Positions 13,451 to 26,526 are shown, numbered from the stretch's first letter. The stretch is 64,000 nt of DNA from Octopus sinensis (GCF_006345805.1 NC_043002.1:90892001-90956000); one strand, 5' to 3'. Notes: generated by a model not told the origin, from the letters alone. Translations and numbers: made by a program.

Positions 13451-13904
13451 GACTACATAAATATATATATACTCTTTTACTCTTTTACTTGTTTCAGTCA
13501 TTTGACTGCGGCCATGCTGGAGCACCGCTTTTAGTCGAGCAAATCGACCCCGGGACTTATTCTTTGTAAGCCCAGTACTTATTCTATCGGCCTCTTTTTG
13601 CCGAACCGCTAAGTGACGGGGACGTAAACACACTAGCATCGGTTGTCAAGCAATGCTAGGGAGACAAACACAAACACACACACACATATACATATATATA
13701 CATATATACGACAGGCTTCTTTCAGTTTCCATCTACCAAATCCACTCACAAGGCATTGGTCAGCCTGAGGCTATAGTAGAAGACACTTGCCCAAGGTGCC
13801 ACGCAGTGGGACTGAACCCGGAACCATGTGGTTGTTAGACAAGCTACTTGCTACACAGGGACTACATAAATATATATATATATATATATTTTTTTTATGT
13901 AGTA

Positions 13905-13940
<36 letters not shown>

Positions 13941-13942
<2 letters not shown>

Positions 13943-14239
13943 AGGCACAATGGCCCAGTGGTTAGGGCAGCGGACTCGCGGTCGTAGGATCGCAGTTTTG
14001 ATTCCCAGACCGGGCGTTGTGAGTGTTTATTGAGCGAAAACACCTAAAGCTCCACGAGGCTCCGGCAGGGGGTGGTGGCGATCCCTGCTCTACTCTTTCG
14101 CCACAACTTTCTCTCACTCTTTCTTCTGTTGGCCTGCTCACTTAGCCAGCGGGGTGGCGTCATTTGAATGCTAAAACAATGCGAAACGCATTGTGACCAG
14201 CGATGTGTAGCAACATCTGATAGCCTGGTTGGTCACGGG
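13941..14239 (+). mobile_element. SINE family C head with an alternative 3' module
   Basis: First ~175 nt match family C, then the sequence switches to ttggcctgctcacttagcc...ttgtgaccagcgatgtg, also seen reversed at about 3700-3830 and related to 44480-44720. Confidence 0.75.
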
Positions 14240-14338
14240 GATATATATATATAGATATATATATATATGTATACATATGGAGAACGGACGCCTAAATGAT
14301 GATGATGATGATGATGATATATCTGTATATATATGTAT

Positions 14339-14407
<69 letters not shown>

Positions 14408-14453
14408 ATATAGATAAGAAAGTTTGTTTGGTAAAGCACGTGGGTGAATATAT

Positions 14454-14788
14454 AGAAAATAGTAAAGTGTGAAAAAACGACAGAAGGCTTAATTGTTAAA
14501 AAATATATATATTTGTGTCAAAATGTCTGGAGAATATTGGAAAAATTTTTTTTCCCCTTTCCTTAAAATGACATAATTTTAAAATTTTTAAAGAAATTAC
14601 CGGTTTCGCGTGTAGCTTATTTGAAAAGCTACATGCGAAACCGGTAATCTCTTTAAAAATTTTAAAATTATGTCATTTTAAGGAAAGGGGAAAAAAATTT
14701 TTCCAATATTCTCCAGACATTTTGACACAAATATATATATTTTTTAACAATTAAGCCTTCTGTCGTTTTTCCCACTTTACTATTTTCT
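14454..14788. mobile_element. Foldback element (~165 bp arms) with truncated hammerhead half
   Basis: Near-perfect inverted arms around atttgaa. GAAA-CCGG-TA at 14637-14646 lies right next to the axis and the CTGANGA half is absent. Confidence 0.65.
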
Positions 14789-14794
14789 TATATA

Positions 14795-14832
<38 letters not shown>

Positions 14833-15269
14833 CAGAGATGTAACTATAGGCACGAGAGTTGCTACAGGTGTGGACATAGATGCATGGAAAGAAGTTTGCT
14901 TCCCAACCTCACAGTCCCAGGTTTAGTCCTACTTTGTGGTACCCAAAGCAAGTGTCTTCTAAAATATTACCTTACTTGGAAACAGATGAAGTTTATTGAC
15001 AGGAAGGGGATCCAACTGTAAATCAATGATAATTCATATAACATATTTGTCCAACCCATGCCAGTATAGGAAAATGGGTGTAAAATGAACAAATATATAT
15101 ACTTATTCATTTTTGTTGTCTTCAGTTCCAGTGGTATTCAGTATTTTCAGAAAAGTATTGGCTTCAGTTGAAATGGTCATTAGGTATTTATTTCTAACTT
15201 TACAAATGATGATGATGAGGAGGATAATGACAAAAAAGATCTACCTAAATTAATAATAATAATAATAAT

Positions 15270-15530
15270 GATAATAATTGTGTACAGTGCTCAGGTGCAC
15301 TACAACTCATCTAAAGTGTATATATAATCAGGTGTAGTTTCGGCGGATTTCGGAAAGCATGAGGGCCTTAAAGGATGCAGTGTCATGGCAGTCAACAACT
15401 GACACAGGCAGTTTATTCCATGCTTCAGCAACTCTGAGCGTGAAAAAATGTTTCCGAAAGTCATGGGAGCTGTGTTGTTTTCTGACTTTGTAGGCATGTC
15501 CACGTGTGTTAGACACATGGAGATCAAAAA
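15270..15530 (-). mobile_element. CR1/L2-type LINE 3' fragment
   Basis: ORF 15328-15516 encodes TRGHAYKVRKQHSSHDFRKHFFTLRVAEAWNKLP, the typical CR1 ORF2 C-terminus. A TAA/TTA tract lies at its 3' end (15250-15278). Confidence 0.8.
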
Positions 15531-17517
15531 GGTGTTCAGTGTTGTTGTTGGTGAATTGAAAGAATTATTGAAATGTTGCTAAATAGCAAAGATATTCCTG
15601 GCATGAAGGAATTCCAAAGATTGTTTTGAACAAAAAAACAGTTTAACTCCAATGCAAAATGAGTCTTTCAAGAAATTGGTTAAAATAAAACACCACCAAC
15701 AGCAAGAGAAGTAGAGGGTGTTTCTTGGTCATTTTGTGTTAGTTATTGTTGTTGCTGTGGTAGGCATTCTTTGTGGATAGAAGTTGAGTTTCTCTTGGGT
15801 CCTATAGCTTTCTTCTCCTGATAATGAGGACAGGACAGTCTCACTTCCTGACTCACAAGTCGTATCTAGCACCACCCTAGTACTGACAGCCTCCATGATT
15901 TCTCATTGTTACTTTTATTCCTCCAGATTTTCTGTGCTGAAAGTTTTGTGTGGTAAGTAGCTTGCTAACCAACCACATGGTCCCGGGTTCCGTCCCACTG
16001 CGTGGCATCTTGGGCAAGTGTCTTCTACTATAGCCCCGGGCCGACCAATGCCTTGTGAGTGGATTTGGTAGACGGAAACTGAAAGAAGCCTGTCGTATAT
16101 ATGTGTATATATATATATGTATGTGTGTGTTTGTGTGTCTGCTGTGTTTGTCTCCCTAGCATTGCTTGACAACCAATGCTGGTGTGTTTACGTCCCCGTC
16201 ACTTAGCGGTTCGTCAAAAGAGACCGATAGAATAAGTACTGGGCTTACAAAGAATAAGTCCCTGGGTCGATTTGCTCGACTAAAGGCGGTGCTCCAGCAT
16301 GGCCGCAGTCAAAATGACTGAAACAAGTAAAAGAGAGAGAGTAAAAGAGTATATATGTAACAGCTTGGTCATCCACTTTGTATGCTGAGGCTTCAGTTCT
16401 TTCTATCATACCTTCTACAAGATACACTCCTTGTATTAGTTTGTGGTTTTGCAGGGTCATGAGGACTTGTGTGTCCATGGGGATTCCACCTGATGACACA
16501 TCAATGTTTTGTCTATTCTTACCATCTGCACCTATTTTACTGTGAAGGTGACTACTAGCCAGATTAGACATCATCACCAGTACCTCTGATGATGACTGTT
16601 GTGTTTCTCCTCCCCAAATACTGTGGAACTAGCTTATGGGTAAGTGTCTCATGTACTATTTCAGTTTAGGTTATTGCCTCACCCTCTTAAAAATACCTCA
16701 TTAAGTGCTATACACCCTCCCTCTTCAACTGAAGGATATTGCATTTAAAATCTCTGCCAGAGCTTTCTCCAATTCAAGTTTGGTTAGGATCCGAAAACAC
16801 ATTGCTCTTTTCACAAAACAGAATTATGGTATTTTTCATTTCTCACGAGCATCTATAATTACTTATGAAAGGCTGACCCCAGTTCCGTGCGCGAAATACT
16901 TTCAGGCTTTTGTTCTCACAAGAAAATGTTTCATATTGAGAATTTTCCAGTTGAACTAGTAAAAGTCAATTTATTCTTGTTCATATTTACACTTGAAGCA
17001 TTACATGTATACTGTTGTTGTTGTTGGTGGTGGTGGTGGTAGTAGTGGTGGTGGTAGTGGTGGTGGTGGTGGTGGTGGTGGTGGTGGCAATGGTAGCGAC
17101 AAGATTTTTACTCAGTTGAGTTAAATAATTATTTTCTTTTGTCTGGGAATATTATCAATACTTCGCATTGCAATTAAATTAGCATTCTTTTTGGTTGGTT
17201 TCTGTGTGTGAAATATATTATTTTGTATGTTTTTCTTTTTCGTTTTTGGAGGCATGGTATGAAATGTTCATGACCATTTTTTGGTATCAATGGCATAAAA
17301 ACAAAAAAAATTAAATTTTTGTCCAAAAATAAAACACGAACCTTCTTATAGTTAACCTTTCTAAGAAGAGACTCCAAACTACTTTAATTTATCTGATGTG
17401 AACATTTTTGGTGAAATTTATGTTTCAGCTAGTAAAATACTTGCTTTGAAAGAAGGCTGACAAAAATACAGCTACTTCATTAGCAATGAATAATAATAAT
17501 AATAATAATAATAATAG

Positions 17518-17579
<62 letters not shown>

Positions 17580-18230
17580 GTGATGCTGTCTGCTATAGGC
17601 AGAAGGCCTGAAATTTTTGGGTTGAGGGCTAATCGATTACTTCAAAACCTGTAGTTGGCTGCTACTTAATTTATTGACCCTGAAAGGATGAAAAGCAGAG
17701 CCATCCTCAGTAGAATTTGAACTTTGAATGCAAAGACAGACAAAATGCCACTAAGTATCTTACCTGGCATTGTAACAATTCTGCCAACTCATTGCCTCAT
17801 CATCATCATAATAATAAATGGTTTCAAATTTTGGCACAAGGCCAGCAATTTTGAGGGTAGGGTTATTTATTACACTCACCCCGGTGGTCAACTGGTACTT
17901 ATTTTATTAATCCTGAAAATATGTAAAGCAAAGTCAACTTCAGTGGAATTTGAACTCAGAGCGTAGAGATGAATGAAATACTGCAAAGCATTTTGCTTGG
18001 TATGCTAATAATTCGGCCAGCTCACCAATAATGGCTTCTGATTTAGGCACAAGGGCAACAATTTTGAGGATAGAGATTAGTTGACCACATCAGCCTCAGT
18101 ACTTGACCAGTATTTTATGAAACCCAAAAGGATGAAAAGCAAAATTTGGCATCTGTGAGATATGAAGTCAGAACCTTAAGAGCTAAAACAAATACCACAA
18201 GGTATTTCATCTGATACTTTTACCATTCTT

Positions 18231-18830
18231 ATTTCTTTATTGCCCACAAGGGGCTAAACATAGAGGGGGACAAACAAGGACAGACATAGGTATTAAGTCG
18301 ATTACATCAACCCCAGTGCGTAACTGGTACTTAATTTATTGATCCCGAAAGGATGAAAAGCAAAGTTGACCTCGGCGGAATTTGAACTCAGAACGTAATG
18401 GCAGATGAAATACCTATTTCTTTATTACCCACAAGGGGCCAAACATAGAGGGGACAAACAAGGACAGACAAAAGGATTAAGTCAATTACATCGACTCCAG
18501 TGCATAACTGGTACTTAATTTATCGACCCCGAAAGAATGAAAAGCAAAGTTGACCTCGGCGGAATTTGAACTCAGAACGTAATGGCAGATGAAATACCTA
18601 TTTCTTTATTACCCACAAGGGGCTAAACACAGAGGGGACAAACAAGGACAGACATAGGTATTAAGTCGATTACATCGACCCCAGTGCGTAACTGGTACTT
18701 AATTTATCGACCCCGAAAGGATGAAAGGCAAAGTCGACCTCGGCGGAATTTGAACTCACAACGTAACGCAGATGAAATACCGTTAAGCATTTCGCCCGGT
18801 ATGCTAATGATTCAGCCAGCTCACCGCCTT
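18231..18830 (-). mobile_element. SINE B with three head-to-tail ~183 bp 3' units
   Basis: tatttctttatt(g/a)cccacaagggg recurs at about 18231, 18415 and 18598. Only the last unit has the full head. Confidence 0.8.
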
Positions 18831-19138
18831 TTAATGATTCACCCACCATTCTACTAACCCACTGCCTTTTAAGGATTCTTTCTAATTTTGGCACAATGCC
18901 AGGAATTTTTAGGGGACGGGGGAATCGATTACATTCACTCCAATGTCCGACAGGTACTTATTTTCTCAACCCCCTAAAACGATGAAGGGCAAAGTCACCT
19001 TCAGTGACATGTGAACTCAGAATGCAAAGCTGGAAGATATTCTGTTAAGCATATTGTCTCATGTGTTAACAATTCTGCCAGATTGTTGCCTTACTAACTT
19101 TTAATGATGATGATAATGATGATGATGATGACGATGGT

Positions 19139-19173
<35 letters not shown>

Positions 19174-19428
19174 TGATGTGTGTTCATTTTTGAGTTTTAT
19201 TGTTTGACTGTATTTCACTCCCTGTATATTTACAGCAAAATTTTCTTCTTGTAGAACAATTAAGATGCTTTTTTTTTTTATGAATTTCAAATATCTTGCT
19301 TATTCATTTTTAATTAACAGTATTTTACAGACCATTTCTTCAATAATTAATGCCACAACTGTCTCTTAACCTCCTTCCTTTCATTCTCATCTCCATGTCA
19401 ACTTTTTTCTATTTCTCTTCCCCTTCTC

Positions 19429-19474
<46 letters not shown>

Positions 19475-20049
19475 TCCTTCCCCTTGTATGCAAAACTCAT
19501 TAACTATGAAATGCTTCTCAGATTGTTGACTGAGACAAAACAACCAAATTTAGAACTGTATTTCCATGACATCAGGTGTATGTGTATGTGTCTGTGTGTG
19601 AATGAGCAGGTATGCATGCATGTCTGTGTGTGTATGTGTGTGTGTGTGTGTGTATGTGAAAGTGCATATCAAAAATGTAAAACCATAGAAAGGAATATGT
19701 TAATCTAAAAGACTGATTGTCTTGTTAGTCTGAAGGAATAGCAAATTGTAATTAGTGATTAACAATCTGTTATTGTTTAAGTTCTTAATGACTAAGCATT
19801 AACTTGTTTGAAATAAACACTATGGAATTCAATAGAGAGCCCCATAGAGCGATGTGGTAGCATCTACTTAGTAGAAATAGCACATGAGCCTTCCTGCTAT
19901 CATTATCTGCTATCTTTAAAAAATGTCATATTATATGTTATATGAGCAAAGTGCCTCCTGTCCAATGGACGGTGCTGAGTTGTCAAACATATAAACCAAA
20001 TTTTCTCAAAACAACTTATCCGACCATCCCATTTTGTGGCATTATTTCA

Positions 20050-20328
20050 AGCCAGCCAGTTTTTTTGCACAAACTGCACATGCATTTTTCTCAGGTATGC
20101 ATAGTATCGATCGCAACAGCTGATGTACTTGCGTGTACAAATGCACGTTCCCACGGCTTTATCAATTGCATTCTCACCTGGAATCGACTTTTGTAATTTC
20201 TTCAAGACTTATATATGCCCTGATAACGTCGGTATCTACAGATCAAATTTGAGCGCAATCGGATGGAGGATGCCCGAGATCCTAGAAGACACACACACAG
20301 ACAGACAGAATGGATTTTATATAATAGA
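20050..20328 (-). mobile_element. Probable 5' part of a second Helitron-like family
   Basis: Minus strand begins (A)TCTATTATATAAAATCC followed by ctgtctgtctgtgtgtg, the same 5' layout as the other Helitrons. No 3' CTAG end recognised. Confidence 0.4.
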
Positions 20329-20853
20329 TATGAAAGAGAGAAGGCACATGGCTCAGTGGTTAAGGTATTCAGCTCATGATCATAAGGTTGTGAGTTCGAT
20401 TCCCGGTGGCATGTTGTGTTCTTGAGCAAGACACTTTATTTCACATTGCTCCAGTTCACTCAGCTGGCAAAAATGAATAGTACTTGAATGCCAAAGAGAC
20501 AGCTTTGTCACATTCTTTGTTATGTTGAATCTTGCTGAGAACTATGTTAATGGTACATATGCCTGAGGAATGCTTGGCCACTTGCATGTTAATTTCACAA
20601 GTAAGCTGTTCCATTAATTGGCCCAAGTGGAGCTCTTGTCATTGTAACCAATAGCGTACCAGTTATATATGAAAGGAAAGATGAAATGGCCATCATTTTT
20701 TTTAAGTCTTATTTTATTTTATCTCTCTCTTTTGCTGAACCACTAAGTTGTGGAGACATAAGCACACCAAGACCAGTTGTCAAGCCGTGGTGGGGGACAA
20801 ACACAGACTCTAAGACACACATATATATGTTTATGTATATGTGTGTGTGTATG

Positions 20854-20890
<37 letters not shown>

Positions 20891-21319
20891 AAAAAATGAA
20901 GTTCGAAAATGCTGCTGTATTATACAATTTTTAATTTTTATATATACATTATAACATGTTTCAGTTCCTGAAATGAACCTTATCAAAAAAAGTTATATAT
21001 AAAAAAAGACAGCTCATGCCGTCAAACACAAGAAATTCATTTATAATACACAACAGAGTCAGACATCTTAGAGTTCATGTATAGTTGATATATAGTTCAT
21101 GTATAGTTGATATATAGTTTGAAGTATATGTTCAAAGTGTTCGATGCAGTGGCCCACGGTGGCGATACGTTTTCAATACAAAAAACAGATCAAAGTGGTG
21201 GAAAGCGGTCAATACAGAAGATTGATGTTTCCGAAAGAGCGAGGAATTCATTTTTACCTTAAGCAATTGTGATGACCCATGGTGGAAGTTCGCTGGGTGG
21301 TTATATATATATATATATA

Positions 21320-21712
21320 CTAGCAGTATCGCCCAGCATTGCTCGGGTTTGTAAGGGAAATAACTATACAGCATTTTTAGAGAGTTATAGCCAAAAAATA
21401 GCAAAAAAATGCATTAAAAATGGAAAAAATATGATGGTAAATTTTTTTTTAAATCGTTGACTCATCGTAGACATTTTTAGAGAGTTACTTCCCTTTAAAA
21501 AAATATGCATGAAAATGGAAAAAATGATGGTAAATTATTTTTAAAATCGTAGACTCATCGTAGATGCGCGCTAATACCCAGAAGGACTCGATATGAATCA
21601 CGACTATAAGATACCCGGTTTTGGTTAAACTGCATCGCAAAATGTGGGAGTAGTTAGGAATCTAAATCGAAGGGGACAGACACTCACACAACTACAGTTT
21701 TATATATAAAGA
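21320..21712 (-). mobile_element. Non-autonomous Helitron (same family as 56610-57008)
   Basis: Reverse complement starts TCTTTATATATAAAA and ends gcccagcattgctcggg-type hairpin then CTAG, inserted A|T. High similarity to the 56.6 kb copy. Confidence 0.8.
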
Positions 21713-21951
21713 TATATATATATTTTAAAATTTCACAGACACGCAACAAATGGAAAATTTGACAAAAACATAACAAACAGAAAATTCATAGCTAACATCC
21801 TTACATTTCGCACTTTTAACATTTGTATTGTTCAATTTTGGTGGTGCCACCAGTGACAGAAAGCCACTGGGAATAGCTAATGATCATACAAGACTATGGC
21901 GAAAACAAACACAATGAAATAAAATAATAATATATATTACAATGAAAAACG

Positions 21952-21987
<36 letters not shown>

Positions 21988-22345
21988 TTATGAGAGGTAA
22001 TGGTGTCAATAAGACCCAAAGGTGTCAGGTAATGCTGAGTAAGTGATATGGATAGACCATAGTTAAGCTCCAGGTTTGGTGTTCGTGCAAATAAAGAGTC
22101 CAACATAGGTCATATTACTCTTTACTCTTTTACTCTTTTACTTGTTTCAGTCATTTGACTGCGGCCATGCTGGAGCACTGCCTTTAATCGAGCAACTCGA
22201 CCCCAGGACTTATTCTTTTGTAAGCTCAGTACTTATTTTATCGGTCTCTTTCGCCGAACCGCTAAGTAACGGGGACATAAACACACCAGCATCGGTTGTC
22301 AAGCAATGTTGAGGGGACAAACACAGACGCACAAACACACACATG

Positions 22346-22383
<38 letters not shown>

Positions 22384-22583
22384 TACGACGGGCTTCTTTT
22401 TTTTCAGTTTCCGTCTACCAAATCCACTCACAAGGCTTTGGGTGGCCCAAGGCTATAGTAGAAGACACTTGCCCAAGGTGCCACGCAGTGGGACTGAACC
22501 TGGAACCATGTGGCTGGTAAACAAGCTACTTACCACACAGCCACTCTGCGCCTATATCAGCATGTGTATATATAAAAAAATTT

Positions 22584-22912
22584 TTTCCGAATGAGATAAA
22601 AAAACCAAGGCTGTGAAGATTTTAGAACATTTATAAATAGGTCTTTCAGCTGTTTCCAGGATATTTATTACATCCTTTCATCAGAGACGTGAGAAAAGGG
22701 TTAAGATTACTTAATTTAGATAAGATACAAAATTTCGTATCTTATCTAAATTAACTATTTTCATATTTTATCTAAATCAGCTATTGCTTAACCATTTTCT
22801 CACACTGTCTCTGATGAAGGGATATAATAAATATCCTGAAAACAGCTGTAAGACGTCCTATTTATAAATGTTCTAAAATCTTCCTGGCTTTGTTTTTTTA
22901 TCTCATTCGGAA

Positions 22913-22913
<1 letters not shown>
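22584..22913. mobile_element. Foldback element with a hammerhead-like motif in each arm
   Basis: Termini tttccgaatgagataaaaaaac / gtttttttatctcattcggaaa. + strand 22807-22854 reads GTCT-CTGATGA-AGGGATAT-AATAA-ATATCCT-GAAAA-CAGCTG-TA-AGAC. Each arm has one different core substitution. Confidence 0.72.
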
Positions 22914-22944
<31 letters not shown>

Positions 22945-23717
22945 TATATATATCATCATCATCATCATCATCGTTTAACATCCGTTCTCCATGCTAGCAT
23001 GGGTTGGACGGTTCGACCGGGGATCTGGGAAGCCAGAAGGCTGCACCAGGCTCCAGTCTTATCTGGCAATGTTTCTACAGCTGGATGCCCTTCCTAACGC
23101 CATATATATACATTTATTGTGCAAGATTTTTTTATGTGAAATCGTGTGTTGAAACAGATATTGTTGTATTTCGGAATGATCGTTTTGCCAGTTTAACCAA
23201 TAAAAACACACACACTATATATTTGGTGTTATTTCAGTGATATTTATTTTCGTCACACTCCTGTGACCGCATCAGTGGTCCTTTGCTTTATTCTTTAATA
23301 ATAATAATAATAACAATAATAATAATAAGTGGATGTAAACACATGAACAAAATAAGAATAAACAAAAACAAAAACAAATTACACGAATGTATATAAACAG
23401 AAGATACAAATATTACAGACATCCCCCCCACACACACACTAACTAAACATAGACGCACATAGAGATATATGCATGCGCAAATGAAGACGCATACAAAAGA
23501 AATACAAAATGGCTGACCATTAGTAAGGAGAGACACACAAATAAGAAAGAAGAAAGCAAAGGACCACCGATGCAGTCACAGGAGTGTGACGAAAGAACTC
23601 TGGCCGAAATAAGATTAAGATTAATGTAAAAAATAAATAACGCTAAAGCAAAGTAATACCAAATATATAGTGTGTGTGTTTTTATTGATTAAACTGGCAA
23701 AATGACCATTCCTAAAT

Positions 23718-23769
<52 letters not shown>

Positions 23770-24537
23770 TATATATATCATCATCATCATCATCATCGTT
23801 TAACGTCCGTTCTCCATGCTAGCATGGGTTGGACGGTTCGACCGGGGATCTGGGAAGCCAGAAGGCTGCACCAGGCTCCAGTCTTATCTGGCAATGTTTC
23901 TACAGCTGGATGCCCTTCCTAACGCCATATATATACATTTATTGTGCAAGATTTTTTTATGTGAAATCGTGTGTTGAAACAGATATTGTTGTATTTCGGA
24001 ATGATCGTTTTGCCAGTTTAACCAATAAAAACACACACACTATATATTTGGTGTTATTTCAGTGATATTTATTTTCGTCACACTCCTGTGACCGCATCAG
24101 TGGTCCTTTGCTTTATTCTTTAATAATAATAATAACAATAATAATAATAAGTGGATGTAAACACATGAACAAAATAAGAATAAACAAAAACAAAAACAAA
24201 TTACACGAATGTATATAAACAGAAGATACAAATATTACAGACATCCCCCCCACACACACTAACTAAACATAGACGCACATAGAGATATATGCATGCGCAA
24301 ATGAAGACGCATACAAAAGAAATACAAAATGGCTGACCATTAGTAAGGAGAGACACACAAATAAGAAAGAAGAAAGCAAAGGACCACCGATGCAGTCACA
24401 GGAGTGTGACGAAAGAACTCTGGCCGAAATAAGATTAAGATTAATGTAAAAAATAAATAATGCTAAAGCAAAGTAATACCAAATATATAGTGTGTGTGTT
24501 TTTATTGATTAAACTGGCAAAATGACCATTCCTAAAT

Positions 24538-24587
<50 letters not shown>

Positions 24588-24593
24588 TATATA
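22914..24593 (+). repeat. Tandem duplication, period 825 bp
   Basis: Identical ORFs at 23004 and 23829. Units are bounded by (TA)n tracts and differ at only a few positions. Confidence 0.9.
23150..23725. mobile_element. Inverted-repeat element with ~270 bp spacer and variant hammerhead-like motif (repeated in the 825-bp duplication)
   Basis: About 23160-23290 pairs with 23555-23725. 23561-23605 reads GGACCA-CCGATGCA-GTCAC-AGGAGT-GTGAC-GAAA-GAAC-TC-TGGCC. The core deviates from CTGATGA. Confidence 0.5.
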
Positions 24594-24969
24594 TGACATA
24601 TTCTTTCAGTTACCGTCTACTGAATCCAATCAAGGCTTTGGTTGGCTCAGTGCTATAGTAGAAAACACTAGCCCAAGGTACTACACAGTGGGACTGAACC
24701 TGGAACCATGTGGTTGTGAAACAAATTTCTTACCACACAGCCACACCTGTACCTACTAGGCATATACAAGGTGTCAATGCACTGTTGATACAACCATGTA
24801 TCTAAAACAGGTAATTTTTTCAGGGGTGTTTGGCAGGGTTGTCTATTGTGACTTTTGTACTACTATGGATAGAGTCAGCCATATGCGGTATAGTAAAAGA
24901 ATTGTTGCTGTAGTTTTCTAATTTGCTCTCTGTTGTAAAGTAATATTTGTGTGTTTTAATTGTTTCTAG

Positions 24970-25125
24970 GTCGTCAGTTTTGATGGCTCCACCACTGTCA
25001 CTGAACTGCTTCAGAGCCTTCAGAAAACACTCTATATCCGGGACATCAAGGAATCAGGGTTTGCACTGTTTACTGATGACCCCACGGGGCAGGACATAGA
25101 GCATTGCCTTCCACCCCAAGTAAAG
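24970..25125 (+). CDS. PLEKHH1/2: Internal exon of PLEKHH1/2-like gene, FERM N-lobe
   Basis: Acceptor tgtttctAG, donor GTaagt. 156 nt encoding VVSFDGSTTVTELLQSLQKTLYIRDIKESGFALFTDDPTGQDIEHCLPPQVK, in frame with the previous exon (TYQ|VVSFDGSTT). Confidence 0.92.
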
Positions 25126-25789
25126 GTAAGTTTAAACATTGAAACCATCGCTATCACCACTACCACCACCACCACCACTACCACCACCATCACCACCACC
25201 ACTACCACCGCCACCACCACACCCACCACCACCACTATTACAATCACCACCACTCCCACCATCATAACTGCCACCACTACTATTACTACTACCAAAACAA
25301 CCACCACCATCACTACTACTACTACTACTACCACCACCACCACCACCACCACCACTACCACCTCCCCACTACTAGTAATGTTAAGTTTACCCCCTGGAAT
25401 CTTCTATTCAAGAGAATAGATTTACTATTGAATTCATGCTGAAACTGTATATATGTGTATTTGTCTGTGCATCAGTGTGTGTATGTATGTGTGTGTGTGT
25501 GTGCACGTGTGTGTGTGTTACACTCATCTAAAGCCAAATATTTCCCCCACCCATCACCCAAAATAGTTATAATAATGGTTGCAAGAGTAAAGAACTGGTA
25601 TTTCATCTCGTATATTTCCAGTTGAAATCCACAGCTGGTATTTTAGTATCCAATGAGATGTTGAACTTCTTTGCACCCTAGTTCTAGCTAAGCACACAAA
25701 ATTAGCACCTACTTCAATTCATATATCAATTTTAAGCTAGCACAGAGTGGTTGGTATCCTATGGTTCCAAAGCGAACTTCTTACCTGCG

Positions 25790-26182
25790 AAGACCTGTTG
25801 AGGCAAGTGAAATCGAAATCGATCAAAAATCAATGGAAATTGCAGTTGTGATAACAGTGCCGGTGGCACATAAAAGAACCATCCGAACATGGCCGTTGCC
25901 AGCGCTGCCTCGACTGGCCTCCGTGCCGGTGGCATGTAAAAAGCACCAACCGATTGTGGCTGTTGCCAGCCTCGCCTGGCACCTGTGCCGGTGGCACGTA
26001 AAAAGCACCCACTACACTCGCGGAGTGGTTGGCATTAGGAAGGGCATCCAGCCATAGAAACACTGCCAGATCAGACTGGGCCTGCTGTAGCTTCCTGGCT
26101 TCCCAGACCCCAGTCGAACCATCCAACCCATGCTAGCATGGAAAGCGGACGTTAAACAATGATGATGATGATGATGATGATG
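25790..26182 (+). mobile_element. SINE-like family D (internal gtgccggtggcacgtaaaaagcacc repeats, (TGA)n tail)
   Basis: 3' end catgctagcatggaaagcggacgttaaacaatgatgatga. Copies at about 22955-23100(-), 23780-23925(-), 37290-37730(-), 40230-40490(+), 42640-43210(-, interrupted by SINE B), 50050-50300(+), 62570-62830(+), 63460-63870(+, interrupted by SINE B). Confidence 0.8.
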
Positions 26183-26308
26183 TGCCTGAGCCTGTTGTTC
26201 TGATAAAATGACAAGAGAATCAGATAATTAAAATTGGAATGGCATTGGAATGTTACATAGAACAGAATTGAACCAAGGTTAACAACAGTAACGGCTTGTC
26301 TTGCATAA

Positions 26309-26526
26309 GGTGGCGAGCTGACAGAATCGTTAGCACGCCGGGCGAAATGCGTAGCCGTATTTCGTCTGCCGCTATGTTCTGAGTTCAAATTCCGCCGAGG
26401 TCGACTTTGCCTTTCATCCTTTTGGGGTCGATTAAATAAGTACCAGTTACGTACTGGGGTCGATATAATCGACTTAATCCGTTTGTCTTCTCTGTGTTTA
26501 GCCCCTTGTGGGTAGTAAAGAAATAG
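26309..26526 (+). mobile_element. SINE family B (GGCGAGCTGGCAGAA head, GTCGACTTTGCCTTTCATCC core, TAAAGAAATA tail)
   Basis: More than 15 similar copies, e.g. 50-265(-), 5840-6040(-), 17590-19090 cluster(-), 30355-30560(-), 34620-34830(+), 35310-35510(-), 41370-41550(+), 43425-43625(+), 50555-50790(-), 51745-51977(-), 55100-55410(+), 63545-63750(-). Confidence 0.85.

Noticed and set aside
16380-16620. Possible RTE 3' relics (also 4020-4200) and a possible L1/Tx1 RT scrap at 51570-51710
   Set aside because: Similarity too weak to support without a search.
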